Made by a program: the position numbers and the translations under genes. The notes beneath the pieces are model-generated. The model saw nothing but the letters and a program-made list of their open reading frames with translations. It was not told the DNA's origin and searched no databases. A stretch of 64,000 nt of DNA from Alphaproteobacteria bacterium (lineage in GTDB: Bacteria; Pseudomonadota; Alphaproteobacteria; JAAXGF01). The stretch spans positions 1,472,001-1,536,000 of the forward strand of contig CAUVXB020000001.1 in the NCBI GenBank assembly GCA_963555825.3. The letters run 5' to 3'. Positions 1 to 10,920 of the stretch are shown piece after piece (positions within the stretch are counted from its first letter, which is position 1; the number at the start of each line of letters is the position of its first letter).

Positions 1-859
1 CACGACCGTCCAAAGGGCTACTCGCCGCGGCGGCTGACGGCAGACGAGGAAGCGGCGCTGGCGGCGGTCATCATCGCCGGGCCGGAGCCTGAGCGCGACG
101 GGGTTTGCGCCTGGACCCGGGCCGATCTGTGCCGCTGGCTGGAGGAGCGCTTCGCCAAGACCTACCACCCCTCGAGCATGACCCGGGTTCTACGGCGGAT
201 GGGATTTTCCCGCCAGAAGGCGCGCCCGAGCCACCCGCGAAGGGACGCCGAAGCGCAGGAGCGCTTCAAAAAAGGGGGCTTCGCGACATCCTGAAGGCGA
301 CCGCCGCGGCGCATCCCGACAAGCGCCTACAGCTGTGGTTTCAGGATGAAGCGCGCGTCGGCAACAAGGGCCGGGTGTGTCACCGGTGGTGGCGCAGGGG
401 CGAGCGTGCCCCCGGGACGCGTCAAATCGGCTACCAGTGGGCCTACATCTTCTCCGCCGTGCGCCCGGACACCGGCGACGACGTCACCCTGGTGATGCCG
501 AGCGTCAACGCCAAGGTCATGGACCTGTTTCTCGCACACTTCGCCGATACCCTGGACCAGGATGCGCACGCCGTCATGATGTGCGACGGCGCCGGTTGGC
601 ACGACGAGCGCGCCCTCACCGTCCCCGACAACGTCACCTTGGCGCTGTTGCCGCCTTACAGTCCCGAACTCAACCCCGTCGAGCGGGTTTGGCTCTACCT
701 ACGCGAACGCTTCCTATCGCTCCGCGTCCTCGACGACACCGAGGCCATCATCGACGCCTGTTGCCAAGCATGGATCGACCTCATCGCAGAACCGGATCGT
801 ATGCGAACCCTCTGCGCCTATCCATGGATCATGAAGGTGATTTCATAGGCTCACTGGTA
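1..859 (+). mobile_element. IS630-family element type A, partial (5' end outside window); two ORFs joined by a probable -1 frameshift
   Basis: HTH ORF ends ~294, DDE ORF 105-848 (WFQDEAR, CDGAGWH, LPPYSPELNPVE); slippery AAAAAAGGGGG at ~268-278; terminal IR ...GCTCACTGGTA followed by TTA; matches the copy at 15888-17062. Confidence 0.93.
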
Positions 860-919
860 TTATGCGCATGCACAAGGGCCTCGGCCACCCGCATTCGTCC
901 TGCTACGACGAGGTCTGAC

Positions 920-2119
920 GTGGTGAATCGGCGCGCCGTCGCGCTGGCGTGCGCGCTCTACTTCGCCGCGTTGATCGCACTGATCGCCGCGACCGTCGTC
1001 TTCGACATCGACCTCGCGCAAGGCGAGGGCTGGTTCCGCCTGCCGACCGGCTGGTCGCTGCTGCTCGCCGCCATGTACTACGCAGCACCCATCGCGGTCG
1101 CGGCCGTCGTCGGCTATCTGCGCCGTCCCATGCGGAAACACTTCGTCGCCACGGTGACCGTCATCTTCGCCGTTCACGCGGCCTATAGCGTCGCGGTCGC
1201 CGGCATGCGCCTGGCCACCGTCAAGGTCTGGCGGGCCGACATCGAGCAGAGCCATGAGGCGCGGCCGGTGGTCGCCGAATTCGGCCACCGATTCGTCGAC
1301 GACGACGATGACGGCTTGGTAAACCGGGTCGTCCTGGAAGGCAGGCTGGACGCCGACCATCTACCATTCGGCGCCTACACGCTTTACGCCCGGGCGTCGC
1401 ACGGCGGCGCGCCGGGCGTCGGTTTCGGTTACGCCGAAGTCGTCGTCGCGATCGACGCAGAGCAAGTGCACGAGTTCGCATACGAGGTCGATGCACGCTA
1501 CCTGCGCGATCTGGCGGAGGCGGGCCCGTTCGACATCCACCTCGGTCTCAGCCGCCACTTCACCGTCAGCCCGACCGGCAAGCGGATCGTCGCGCTGTGC
1601 CGTTCGGCGGCGTTCCTCTGTCCGACGTCGCGCCTTGGCTACGATCCCGTGCTCTACGACGACATCGTCGAGATCGCGCGTTTCGACGCCGTCGACACGG
1701 TCGCGCTGGCGCCCGAGACGATTCAGCGCAATCAGCTCGTCTTCATGCGCTACCTCGGCGACACCGGGCGCGACGACGACGGCGACGGGCTGTTCGATGC
1801 GCTGATCGTCTCGATCGAGCTCGATTCGATCTATGCCGGCCCGCTCTACATCCAGGCGCAGATCGCAGGCGCCGCCAGCGGCCATGTGCAGCAGACCTCG
1901 CCGATCGGCAAAGGCATCGGACAATTCGACGTCGTGCTCGACGGCGGTCGGTTGCGCGCGTTAGGCCGCGACGGTCCCTACACGCTCGGCGCCTTCGCAT
2001 TGCTCAATAACGACCCCTATTGTCCGGGCGGCGCCTGCGTCATCGAGAACCGGCCGGTGTTCACCGTCTACCTCGATGCCTACACGACCAAGGCGTACCG
2101 CGCCGAGCAGTTCGAGTAG
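920..2119 (+). CDS. membrane-anchored protein with two repeated beta-rich DxDxDG-like domains
   Basis: GTG start after GAGGT; about 3 hydrophobic helices at the N-terminus; repeats 'FVDDDDDGLVNRVV...GPF' and 'GRDDDGDGLFDALIV...GPY'. Confidence 0.7.
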   Translation: MVNRRAVALACALYFAALIALIAATVVFDIDLAQGEGWFRLPTGWSLLLAAMYYAAPIAVAAVVGYLRRPMRKHFVATVTVIFAVHAAYSVAVAGMRLATVKVWRADIEQSHEARPVVAEFGHRFVDDDDDGLVNRVVLEGRLDADHLPFGAYTLYARASHGGAPGVGFGYAEVVVAIDAEQVHEFAYEVDARYLRDLAEAGPFDIHLGLSRHFTVSPTGKRIVALCRSAAFLCPTSRLGYDPVLYDDIVEIARFDAVDTVALAPETIQRNQLVFMRYLGDTGRDDDGDGLFDALIVSIELDSIYAGPLYIQAQIAGAASGHVQQTSPIGKGIGQFDVVLDGGRLRALGRDGPYTLGAFALLNNDPYCPGGACVIENRPVFTVYLDAYTTKAYRAEQFE

Positions 2120-2134
2120 CGGCGCGCCGGCGAC

Positions 2135-3175
2135 TCACGCCGCCGAGCGGAAGGCGGCCGCGGCGATCCTGGTGAACTTCTTGCGATAGGCCGCCGGGGT
2201 CATGCCGACCCGACGCTTGAACAGGCGGCGGAAGAAGGTCGGGTCCTCGTAGCCGACCAAATGACCGATCTCCTCGACGTTGGCGTAGTTCGCCTCGAGC
2301 AGCTGCTTGGCCTCCTCGATGCGGGTCGCCTGCACGTAGTCCATCGGCTGATAGCCGGTCGCCGCCATGAACCGGCGCGCGAAGGTGCGCGATTTCAGCC
2401 CCGACCGCGCAGTCATGCTGGCAACCGGGCTTTCGCAGGCGTAATTCTCGGCGATCCAGGCCTGGCAGTCGCCGATGACGGCGTCGGATTGCTGCACACG
2501 GCTGGTAACCACGGCATAGGGCAACTGGCCTTCCGAATGGCCCGACAGTATGAAAATCTTGGCCGCCTGGATCGCGTGCTCGGGCGAGCTAAGCCGGGCG
2601 ATGACGTAGAGCGCCAGCTCCTGCCACGACGTCACGCCGCCAGTGGTCACGATGCGGTCGTCCTCGCCCGCAAAGGAGAGAATCTCGCCGAGGCGCAGCT
2701 TGACCTTGGGGTAGTGCTTGCGGAACAGATCGCGATAGGCCCAATGCCCCGAAGCCACCTCGCCGTCCAGCAGGCCGGCCTCGGCCAGAACCAACGAACC
2801 CGAGCAGACCGAGCTAACCGTCGAGCCCTTGGCGTACAGGCGCTTGATCCAGTCGATCTCCCGGTCGTAGATACCTCGCGGCGGTGTGTCGATCGGCGTG
2901 TACATGTCGCAGACGATGATGAAATCCGCCTCTTCCAGCGCCTCGATATCGCCGTGCGGCTCGACCATGATGCCGCCGAAGCAGCGGAACGGCTCGGCGC
3001 TGGCCGCGACGATCCTGACATCGAGCACCTCGTCGCCGGTCTTGCCGCTCGTCATTTCACCATAGAGGGCGCCGGCCGTGCTCAACACGTCGTAGAGGCC
3101 GTAGAGCACCGACGGCGACGTCTCGGTCGACGCCAGCAGGCACACCAGCGGTCGCCGGGTATTACTCGCAGTCAT
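2135..3175 (-). CDS. GlxA-family transcriptional regulator (DJ-1/PfpI + AraC HTH)
   Basis: SVCSGSLVLAEAGLLDG motif; C-terminal VGYEDPTFFRRLFKRRVGMTP. Confidence 0.92.
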   Translation of the reverse strand: MTASNTRRPLVCLLASTETSPSVLYGLYDVLSTAGALYGEMTSGKTGDEVLDVRIVAASAEPFRCFGGIMVEPHGDIEALEEADFIIVCDMYTPIDTPPRGIYDREIDWIKRLYAKGSTVSSVCSGSLVLAEAGLLDGEVASGHWAYRDLFRKHYPKVKLRLGEILSFAGEDDRIVTTGGVTSWQELALYVIARLSSPEHAIQAAKIFILSGHSEGQLPYAVVTSRVQQSDAVIGDCQAWIAENYACESPVASMTARSGLKSRTFARRFMAATGYQPMDYVQATRIEEAKQLLEANYANVEEIGHLVGYEDPTFFRRLFKRRVGMTPAAYRKKFTRIAAAAFRSAA

Positions 3176-3302
3176 CGTTCCTCCTCCTCCGCGCTATGTC
3201 AAATTAGCCCCGATTCGCGTCATTACGCCTCTTACGGACGCCGCCGTCCACCATTATTCTCGTGATATTGTGGCCCAGTCCGCGAACAAGAAGGAGGCGA
3301 AC

Positions 3303-4727
3303 ATGCCCGACCAACCAACATCGACATCTTCCCTATCGACAGAAGTTATCGAGGCGTTCGGCGCCAGTCTTCGCGGCGAGCTCGTGCTGCCCGACAGCGA
3401 CGGCTACGACGCGGCGCGGCTCAACTGGAACGGCATGTTCGACAAGCGCCCGGCGCTGATTGCGAGTTGCAGCGGCACCGCCGACGTCATCGCCGCGGTC
3501 GACTTCGCGCGCGACAACGGGCTGCTCACCGCGATCCGCTCGGGCGGCCACAACTCGGGTGGCTCGGGCTCGTGCGACGGCGGCATCATGATCGATCTGT
3601 CGGGCATGAACGCCGTCCACGTCGACCCCAAGACGCGGCGCGCCCGCGTCCAGGGCGGCGCGACCTGGGGCGATTTCGACCGCGAGGCGCAGGTTCACGG
3701 ACTGGCGACGCCGGGCGGCGTCGTCTCGGCGACCGGCGTCGCCGGGCTCTCGCTCGCCGGCGGCCTGGGCTGGCTGCGCGGCAAACACGGCCTCAGCCTC
3801 GACAACATCATCTCGGTCGACATCGTCACCGCCGACGGCGTCCTGCGCACCGCCAGCGAGGACGAGAACGCGGAGCTGTTCTGGGGCATCCGCGGCGGCG
3901 GCGGCAACTTCGGCGTCATCACCTCGTTCGAGTTCCAGGTCCACCCACTCGGCCCGACCGTGATGTTCGCCGGGCCGGTCTACCGCGCCGCCGACGCGGC
4001 GCAGGTGATGAAGGCCTGGCGCGAGTACTTGGCGACCGCGCCCGACGAGATCGGTGGCATGCTGGTCGAGTTTTCCACTGTCGCCGCAGACCCCGAATTC
4101 CCTGAGGAGATATGGGGCGAGAAGGTCATGACGCTGGCTGGCGTCTGGGCCGGCCCGGCCGACGAGGGAGAGGCCGCGGTGCAGCCGCTGCGCGAGCTGG
4201 CCGAGCCGGTGATGGATTACTCGGGCCAGATGCCCTACTGCGACGTCCAGCAACTGTTCGACGCGCTGTTCCCCAAGGGCGTCCACCACGCCTATTTCAA
4301 GTCGGTCTATCTGGGCGATCTCGAGGACGCGGTGATCGACGAGATCGCGCCGCGCATGGCGGATCGGCCGTCCGACCTGACACTGTGCTCGGTCTGGTAC
4401 TTGGGTGCGGCGACCAGCCGCGTCGCGGCCGACGCGACCGCCTTCGGCGCGCGTGACATGGGCTGGATGCTGAGCATCGACGGCATCTGGGAGGACCCGG
4501 CCGACGACGAGACGAACCTCGCCTGGGCGCGCCAGTTCTGGGCCGACATGAAGCACCGGTCAAACGGCCGCGCCTATCTCAACTTCGCCGGCCTCGGCGA
4601 GGAGGGCGAGGAACTGGTGCGCACCAGTTACGGCGCCGCCAACTACGAACGCCTCGCCGCGCTCAAGTTCCAATACGACCCAACCAACCTGTTCCGGCTC
4701 AACCAGAACATCAAGCCGGGCGGGTGA
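3303..4727 (+). CDS. FAD-binding oxidoreductase (berberine-bridge/6-hydroxy-D-nicotine oxidase-like)
   Basis: RSGGH covalent-FAD motif, GGGGNFGV, C-terminal YDPTNLFRLNQNI; AGGAGG RBS. Confidence 0.92.
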   Translation: MPDQPTSTSSLSTEVIEAFGASLRGELVLPDSDGYDAARLNWNGMFDKRPALIASCSGTADVIAAVDFARDNGLLTAIRSGGHNSGGSGSCDGGIMIDLSGMNAVHVDPKTRRARVQGGATWGDFDREAQVHGLATPGGVVSATGVAGLSLAGGLGWLRGKHGLSLDNIISVDIVTADGVLRTASEDENAELFWGIRGGGGNFGVITSFEFQVHPLGPTVMFAGPVYRAADAAQVMKAWREYLATAPDEIGGMLVEFSTVAADPEFPEEIWGEKVMTLAGVWAGPADEGEAAVQPLRELAEPVMDYSGQMPYCDVQQLFDALFPKGVHHAYFKSVYLGDLEDAVIDEIAPRMADRPSDLTLCSVWYLGAATSRVAADATAFGARDMGWMLSIDGIWEDPADDETNLAWARQFWADMKHRSNGRAYLNFAGLGEEGEELVRTSYGAANYERLAALKFQYDPTNLFRLNQNIKPGG

Positions 4728-4781
4728 CGGTATAGTGAAGGGCTGCCTGCCCGCCGCTTCAGGAGAGGATGGAGATCGCTC

Positions 4782-5414
4782 ATGGCCTACGTCGACTGGA
4801 TGATCAAGGGACTGAAGATCGGCGGCTGTAGCTGCGACTACGGCTGCCCCTGCGAGTTCATGGCGCCGCCGACGCGGCGCCCCTGCGAAGGGTACGAGGG
4901 CATGGAGATCGAGGAGGGCTACTTCGGCGACGTCCGGCTCGACGGGCTGCGCACCGCCGGCACCTTCCGCTGGCCCGGCGCGATCCACGAGGGCGGCGGC
5001 GCCTATCAGCCGGTGATCGACAAACGCGCGACCGAGCAGCAGGTCGCCGCGCTGTTCAAGATCCTCGGCGGCGAGGAGCAGGAGCCGACCACCGCCGCCA
5101 ACATCTACGGCTCGACCATCGCGACCGAACACGAGCCGATCTTCGCCGACATCGACTTCGCCTGCGACATCGCGGCGCGCACCGGCCACGTCCGGGTCGC
5201 CGGCGTCATCGACGCCGTCGTCGAGCCGATCCGCAACCCGGTCACCGGCCTGCCGCACCGCGCCGCGATCCGCCTGCCCGAGGGCTTCGAGTTCCGCGAG
5301 GCCGAGATGGCGAGCAGCGACTTCACCGGAACCGGCGAGTTCGCTCTCGATCACAAGAAGCGCTACGGCGCGCTCACCTATGTCGCCTACGGCCCGTACG
5401 GGATTATCGAGTAG
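4782..5414 (+). CDS. DUF1326 family protein
   Basis: N-terminal CSCDYGCPC...CEG motif; WPGAIHEGGG. Confidence 0.85.
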   Translation: MAYVDWMIKGLKIGGCSCDYGCPCEFMAPPTRRPCEGYEGMEIEEGYFGDVRLDGLRTAGTFRWPGAIHEGGGAYQPVIDKRATEQQVAALFKILGGEEQEPTTAANIYGSTIATEHEPIFADIDFACDIAARTGHVRVAGVIDAVVEPIRNPVTGLPHRAAIRLPEGFEFREAEMASSDFTGTGEFALDHKKRYGALTYVAYGPYGIIE

Positions 5415-7335
5415 GCGTGCTGCTCACGCTCGCCGGCGTTTACATGCTGGTCACCGGCTGACACTCAACCCCTCCGATTGACAGCCTTCCGGGGCGGTCC
5501 ATAGAGTGGGCGGCAACGAACCGTCGTATGGGGGAGGCCGTGCCGCAGCCGGGCGTCGAACGCAGGCTCGCCGCGATACTGTCGGCCGACGTGGTCGGCT
5601 ACTCGCGGCTGATGGGCGCCGACGAGGCGGGCACGCTCGGCCGGCTCAAGGCGCACCGCGCCGAGTTCATGGACCCGACCATCGCGGCGCATGGCGGGCG
5701 CATCGTCAAGCTGATGGGCGACGGCGCATTGGTCGAGTTCGCAAGCGTCGTTTCTGCCGTGGATTGCGCCGCCGCGATCCAGCGCGGCATGGCCGAGCGC
5801 AACGCCGGCGAGCCCGAAGCGCGGCGCATCGCGTTCCGCGTCGGCGTCAACCTGGGCGACGTCATCGTCGACGGCGACGATATCTACGGCGACGGCGTCA
5901 ACGTCGCCGCGCGCCTGCAGGAGATTGCCGAGCCGGGCGGCGTGTGCATCTCGGGCGACGCGCAGCGCCAGATCAAGGGCAAGACCGACGCGCGCTTCGA
6001 GGACCTGGGTGAGCGCGAGGTCAAGAACATCGCCGAGCCGGTCCACGTCTACCGCCTGACGACCGCAACCCCAGCGCCAGCGTCGGCCGGGCCCCTCGCC
6101 CTGCCCGACAAGCCGTCGGTCGCCGTGCTGCCCTTCGTCAACATGTCGGGCGACGCCGAACAGGAGTACTTCTCGGACGGCATCACGGAGGACATCATCA
6201 CCGAGCTCACGCGCTTCGGCGAGCTGTTCGTCATCGCGCGCAATTCGTCGTTCTCCTACAAGGGCAAATCGGTCAAGGTGCAGGACATCGGCCGCGACTT
6301 GGGCGTCGCCTACGTCGTCGAGGGCAGCGTCCGCAAGGCGGGCAACCGGGTGCGCGTGACCGCTCAGCTGATCGAGGCGGAGACCGGCAACCACGTCTGG
6401 GCCGAGCGCTACGACCGCGACCTCGAGGACATCTTCGAGGTCCAGGACGAGATCACCCGCGCGATCGTCTCGATCCTGCCGGTGCGGCTGCACGGCGCGC
6501 TGACCAAAAGCGCACTCCGCAAGCCGACCCAGAACCTCACGGCATACGACTATTACCTGCGTGGCCGAGCGGCATATATGCAATCGGTCGGCGAAGACCG
6601 TTCGGCGGTCGACCTGCTTGCAAAGGCGGTTGAGATAGACCCGCGCCTCGCCCACGCATATGCCTTCATGGCGTTGGATTATTCCTATAGCGTCTACGGT
6701 TTACGGCCCCTGGACGAAGACCCGGTTCCGCTGGCGCGCGCGAATATCGAACGCGCGCTCGCCGTCGTGGACGAAGATTCGTTCATCCACGCCATCGCGT
6801 CCGATGTTTATATGATTTTCGGCGATCACGATCTCGCCAGGGGACATGCCGAAAGGGCGATCGCGATCAACCCGAACGATATATGGGTGAGGCATGCCTA
6901 TGGCTTCATGTTGGCCTATAGCGGCGAGCCCGAGAAAGCCGAGACATGGTTGGTCGAGACCCTGCGCCTCGACCCCCACCCGCCAGGTTTCCTGGTCGAA
7001 GCTCTCGCCGAATGCCACTACCTGCTGCACAACTACGAAGCGGTCATCGAGATCTACACGCGGTGGCAGAATCCGCCGCTGCACATGTACACGCAACTCG
7101 CCGCCGCCTACGCGCAACTCGGCCGCATGGACGAGGCCCGCGGCGCGTTCGAGACGTACCAGCGCCTGCGCCCGCCGGACGCCGATTTCGCGTATTACCT
7201 GGCGGCGCATGTGCGCCTGAGAACGGCAGAGCAATAATCCCCCACTGAAGCGGCCGGTCGATCCGGCTGCGGCGGACCAAAATGGGACCGCGTATAGCCT
7301 TCTGTCAGGGTTGCTCTGACTGGAAGGCGGGGGGG

Positions 7336-8835
7336 ATGTATCGGGTGGAGTTGTACGCACGGGTTCGGCGGGCGTGTCATGTCGAGGGGATGAGCACCCG
7401 CGAGGCCTCGCGGGTGTTTGGTGTAGACCGCAAGACGGTCCGTAAGATGCTGTCGTTCTCGGTGCCGCCAGGGTATCGCCGAAGCGCGCCGCCGAGGCGG
7501 CCAAAGCTGGGTCCGTTCACGGGAATCATCGATCGGATCTTGGAAGACGATCGGACCAGCCACCGCAAGCAACGGCACACTGCGAAGCGCATCTTCGACC
7601 GCCTCCGGGACGAGTACGGTTTCACGGGCGGCTACACCATCGTGAAGGACTACGTTCGTGAGCAGGGGCTTCGGTCGCGTGAGGTGTTCGTGCCACTCTC
7701 CCATTCCCCCGGTCACGCCCAGGCGGACTTCGGCGAAGCGATGGCGGTGATCGGCGGCGCGTTACGGAAGATCCACTTCCTTGCCTTCGACCTTCCCCAC
7801 AGTGATGGTTGCTTTGTTGCGGCCTATCCGGCGGAGACGACCGAAGCATTCTGCGATGGCCACAACGCGGCGTTTGCCTTCTTCGGCGGCGTCCCCCGAT
7901 CCATCCTGTACGACAACACCAAGCTGGCGGTTGCCCGGATCCTGGGCGATGGGAAGCGGCAGCGAACGCGCGTCTTCACGGAGCTTCAGTCCCACTATCT
8001 GTTCGAGGACAGGTTCGGCCGGCCGGGCAAGGGCAACGACAAGGGCAAGGTCGAGGGACTGGTCGGCTTCATCCGGCGGAACTTCCTGGTCCCCGTCCCG
8101 CGTGCCGAGAGCTTCGCGGCCCTCAACGATGCTCTCGCCGAACAGTGCCGCCGGCGCCAGGCGGCGCGGCTGCGGGGCCACAAGGAGACCATCGGCGAGC
8201 GTCTCGAGCGGGATCGTCAAGTTCTCTTGCCATTGCCGCCTGCTCCCTATGATGCCTGCGATAAGCGCCCTGGACGGGCGAGTTCGCTGTCGCTGGTGCG
8301 TTACCGCAGCAACGACTATTCCGTGCCCGTGGCCTACGGCCACCGTGAGGTGCTCATCCGGGGCTACGTCGATGAGGTGGTGATCAGCTGCGGGGCCGAG
8401 GTGATCGCCCGGCACCGCCGGTCCTACGACAGCGAGGACCTGATCTTCGACCCGCTGCATTACCTGCCCTTGATCGAGCAGAAGATCGGCGCCCTCGACC
8501 AGGCCGCGCCATTGGCGGGCTGGGACCTGCCCGAGGCCTTCATCACTCTGCGGCGGCTCCTCGAAGCTCGTATGGGCAAGGCAGGCAAGCGCGAGTACGT
8601 CCAGGTGCTCCGTCTACTGGAGACCTTCCGGCTCGAGGAGGTCGAGGGTGCGGTCGGCGACGCCCTGCGGCTCGGCGCAATCGGCTTTGATGCGGTGAAG
8701 CACCTGGTACTGTGCCGCATCGAGCGGCGGCCGCCCAGGCTCAACCTCGACGTCTATCCGTATCTGCCGCGCGCCCGGGTCGCGATGACGTCCGCCAAGT
8801 CGTACATGAGCCTGCTGTCGGGGCTCGGCGCATGA
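7336..8835 (+). CDS. istA: IS21 transposase
   Basis: HAQADFGE, ILYDN, KGKVE DDE motifs. Confidence 0.95.
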   Translation: MYRVELYARVRRACHVEGMSTREASRVFGVDRKTVRKMLSFSVPPGYRRSAPPRRPKLGPFTGIIDRILEDDRTSHRKQRHTAKRIFDRLRDEYGFTGGYTIVKDYVREQGLRSREVFVPLSHSPGHAQADFGEAMAVIGGALRKIHFLAFDLPHSDGCFVAAYPAETTEAFCDGHNAAFAFFGGVPRSILYDNTKLAVARILGDGKRQRTRVFTELQSHYLFEDRFGRPGKGNDKGKVEGLVGFIRRNFLVPVPRAESFAALNDALAEQCRRRQAARLRGHKETIGERLERDRQVLLPLPPAPYDACDKRPGRASSLSLVRYRSNDYSVPVAYGHREVLIRGYVDEVVISCGAEVIARHRRSYDSEDLIFDPLHYLPLIEQKIGALDQAAPLAGWDLPEAFITLRRLLEARMGKAGKREYVQVLRLLETFRLEEVEGAVGDALRLGAIGFDAVKHLVLCRIERRPPRLNLDVYPYLPRARVAMTSAKSYMSLLSGLGA

Positions 8836-9596
8836 CCGACACACCGCAAGTGCTGCTCGCCCACCACCTCAAGACGCTGAAGCTGCCGACCTTCCTGCGC
8901 GAGTACGACAAGATCGCCCGGCAGTGCGCCTCGGAAGGCGTCGATCACGTCCGCTACCTGTTGAGACTCGCCGAGCTCGAGCTGATCGACCGCGAGCGCC
9001 GCATGGTCGAGCGGCGCATCAAGGCGGCGCGCTTCCCCGTGGTCAAGAGCCTCGACAGCTTCGACTTCAAGGTCATCCCCTCGCTCAACAAGGCGCTGGT
9101 CCTGGAGCTGGCCCGCTGCGAGTACATCGAGCGCCGCGAGAACCTCATCGCGCTCGGCAACAGTGGGACCGGCAAGACCCACATCGCCCTCGGTCTCGGC
9201 CTGGCGGCCTGCCAGAAGGGCCTCTCGGTCGGCTTCATCACCGCCGCCGCGCTGGTCCACGAACTCATCGAGGCCCGCGATGACAAGCAGCTGCTGAGGT
9301 TCCAGAAGAAGCTCGCCACCTACAAGCTTCTGATCGTCGACGAACTCGGCTTCGTGCCGCTGTCGAAGACCGGCGCCGAGCTGTTGTTCGAGGTGTTCAG
9401 CCAACGCTACGAGCGGGGCTCGACCCTGGTCACCACCAATCTGCCCTTCGACGAATGGACCGAGGTGTTCGGCTCCGAGCGCCTCACCGGCGCGCTCCTC
9501 GATCGCCTCACCCACCACGTCAACATCCTCGAGATGAACGGTGACAGCTACAGGCTCAACCAGAGCCGCAGGCGTCAAACCCCGACTGCTAACTGA
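8832..9596 (+). CDS. istB: IS21 helper AAA+ ATPase
   Basis: Walker A GNSGTGKT, Walker B LIVDELG, LDRLTHH; ATGA overlap with istA. Confidence 0.95.
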   Translation: MTDTPQVLLAHHLKTLKLPTFLREYDKIARQCASEGVDHVRYLLRLAELELIDRERRMVERRIKAARFPVVKSLDSFDFKVIPSLNKALVLELARCEYIERRENLIALGNSGTGKTHIALGLGLAACQKGLSVGFITAAALVHELIEARDDKQLLRFQKKLATYKLLIVDELGFVPLSKTGAELLFEVFSQRYERGSTLVTTNLPFDEWTEVFGSERLTGALLDRLTHHVNILEMNGDSYRLNQSRRRQTPTAN

Positions 9597-9922
9597 ACCG
9601 ACCACCCAGCCCACGCTTGACCCCGTGGGCCCACAGGTCCCTCCCGCGCGCGCCGCCGCGTCAGCCTGTTGAGGGCACGCCGCGTCGCGCGCGGGGCCCT
9701 CCCGTGGACTACGGGGACAAGCCCGCAGCCGCCAAGCGGTCCCTTCTTACACCGCCGAGGTGGTCCCTTTTTGCTCCGCCATTGACATGCGCCTGTGCAA
9801 GCGCCCCGAAGACGCCGATCACTGGGCCGAGGGCTACCGCAAGGCGGGGCTCGTCGACTAGGCTTGCCAGGCCTGGAAAGTTCGGCCACAGTTCCGCCGG
9901 ATCGACTACGGAGGATCGCGCG

Positions 9923-10903
9923 ATGCTGACGCGGGCTCAGATCGACCAGTACGACGAACACGGTTACCTCGTCATCGAGGGGCTGCTCGACGCCGTGACG
10001 ATCGACGGTCTCAAGCGCGTCACCGACGCGTTCGTCGAGAACTCGCGCGTGGTGGTGGAAAACGACGACATCTACGACCTCGCCCCTTCTCACGCACCAG
10101 GCGACCCGCAGGTGCGGCGCATCAAGGACCCGGTCGACCAACACCCGGCCTACGACGCGGTGATGCGCTCGACCGCTGTGCTCGACGCCATCGAAGGTGT
10201 GATCGGGCCGAACATCCGCTTCGACCACAGCAAGCTCAACATGAAGGCGCCGGGGCGGTCAGGCGCCGCGGTCGAGTGGCACCAGGACTGGGCGTTCTAT
10301 CCGCACTCGAACGACGACATGCTCGCCGTCGGCGTCATGCTCGACGACGCGACCGACGACAACGGCCCGCTCATGATCGTACCGGGCTCCCACCGCGGGC
10401 CGGTCTTCGATCACCACCACGACGGCCGCTTCTGCGGCGCCATCGATAGCGTGGCCGCCGGGCTCGACACGACGCGCGCCGTGGCGTTGACCGCGCCGGC
10501 CGGCTCGATCTCGATTCACCACGTGCGCGCGGTGCACGGCTCGACCGCGAACCGCTCCGATTGCGCGCGCCGGCTGCTGCTGCTGTCCTACGCCGCCGCC
10601 GATGCCTGGCCGTTCCTGGGCGCGCGCGGCCACCGCGGGTTTGACCTCGACGAATTCGATTCGCGCATCGTGCGCGGCCGACCGACGCTGGAGCCTCGCA
10701 TGACGAGCGTTCCGATCCGCATACCGCTGCCCGACGCCGAGCACGACGGTTCGATCTTCGAGAACCAACGGCCCCGCCAGGGCGCCTCGTTCGACGCGCC
10801 GCAGCCGGCACCTGATCCGTCCGCCGATCCACGCCCATCATCGATGCAGCGGGTCTCGAGGCCGCCGGCGCGGCTTGTATGTCATGGGAAGATTTTCCAA
10901 TAA
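9923..10903 (+). CDS. phytanoyl-CoA dioxygenase (PhyH) family 2OG-Fe(II) oxygenase
   Basis: WHQD, VPGSH, HGSxxNxS..R motifs; GGAGG RBS. Confidence 0.9.
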   Translation: MLTRAQIDQYDEHGYLVIEGLLDAVTIDGLKRVTDAFVENSRVVVENDDIYDLAPSHAPGDPQVRRIKDPVDQHPAYDAVMRSTAVLDAIEGVIGPNIRFDHSKLNMKAPGRSGAAVEWHQDWAFYPHSNDDMLAVGVMLDDATDDNGPLMIVPGSHRGPVFDHHHDGRFCGAIDSVAAGLDTTRAVALTAPAGSISIHHVRAVHGSTANRSDCARRLLLLSYAAADAWPFLGARGHRGFDLDEFDSRIVRGRPTLEPRMTSVPIRIPLPDAEHDGSIFENQRPRQGASFDAPQPAPDPSADPRPSSMQRVSRPPARLVCHGKIFQ

Positions 10904-10920
10904 CGATGGCTGCCCGTGGG

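Larger units (their letters stand above)
7218..9787 (+). mobile_element. IS21-family element, copy 1, intact, 6-bp TSD TGCGCC
   Basis: ends TGAGAACGG.../...CCATTGACA; istA+istB; TGCGCC on both flanks. Confidence 0.96.
5528..9861 (+). pseudogene. class III adenylate/guanylate cyclase-TolB-like-TPR protein with the last ~22 codons split off by IS21
   Basis: RRLAAILSADVVGYSRLM, DIYGDGVNVAARL, PSVAVLPF; native C-terminus LCKRPEDADHWAEGYRKAGLVD* resumes in frame after the IS (9794-9861). Confidence 0.88.

Noticed and set aside
377-919. 580-aa ORF 377-2119 as one protein
   Set aside because: The 5' part is an alternative frame of the IS630 element; the real gene starts near 920.
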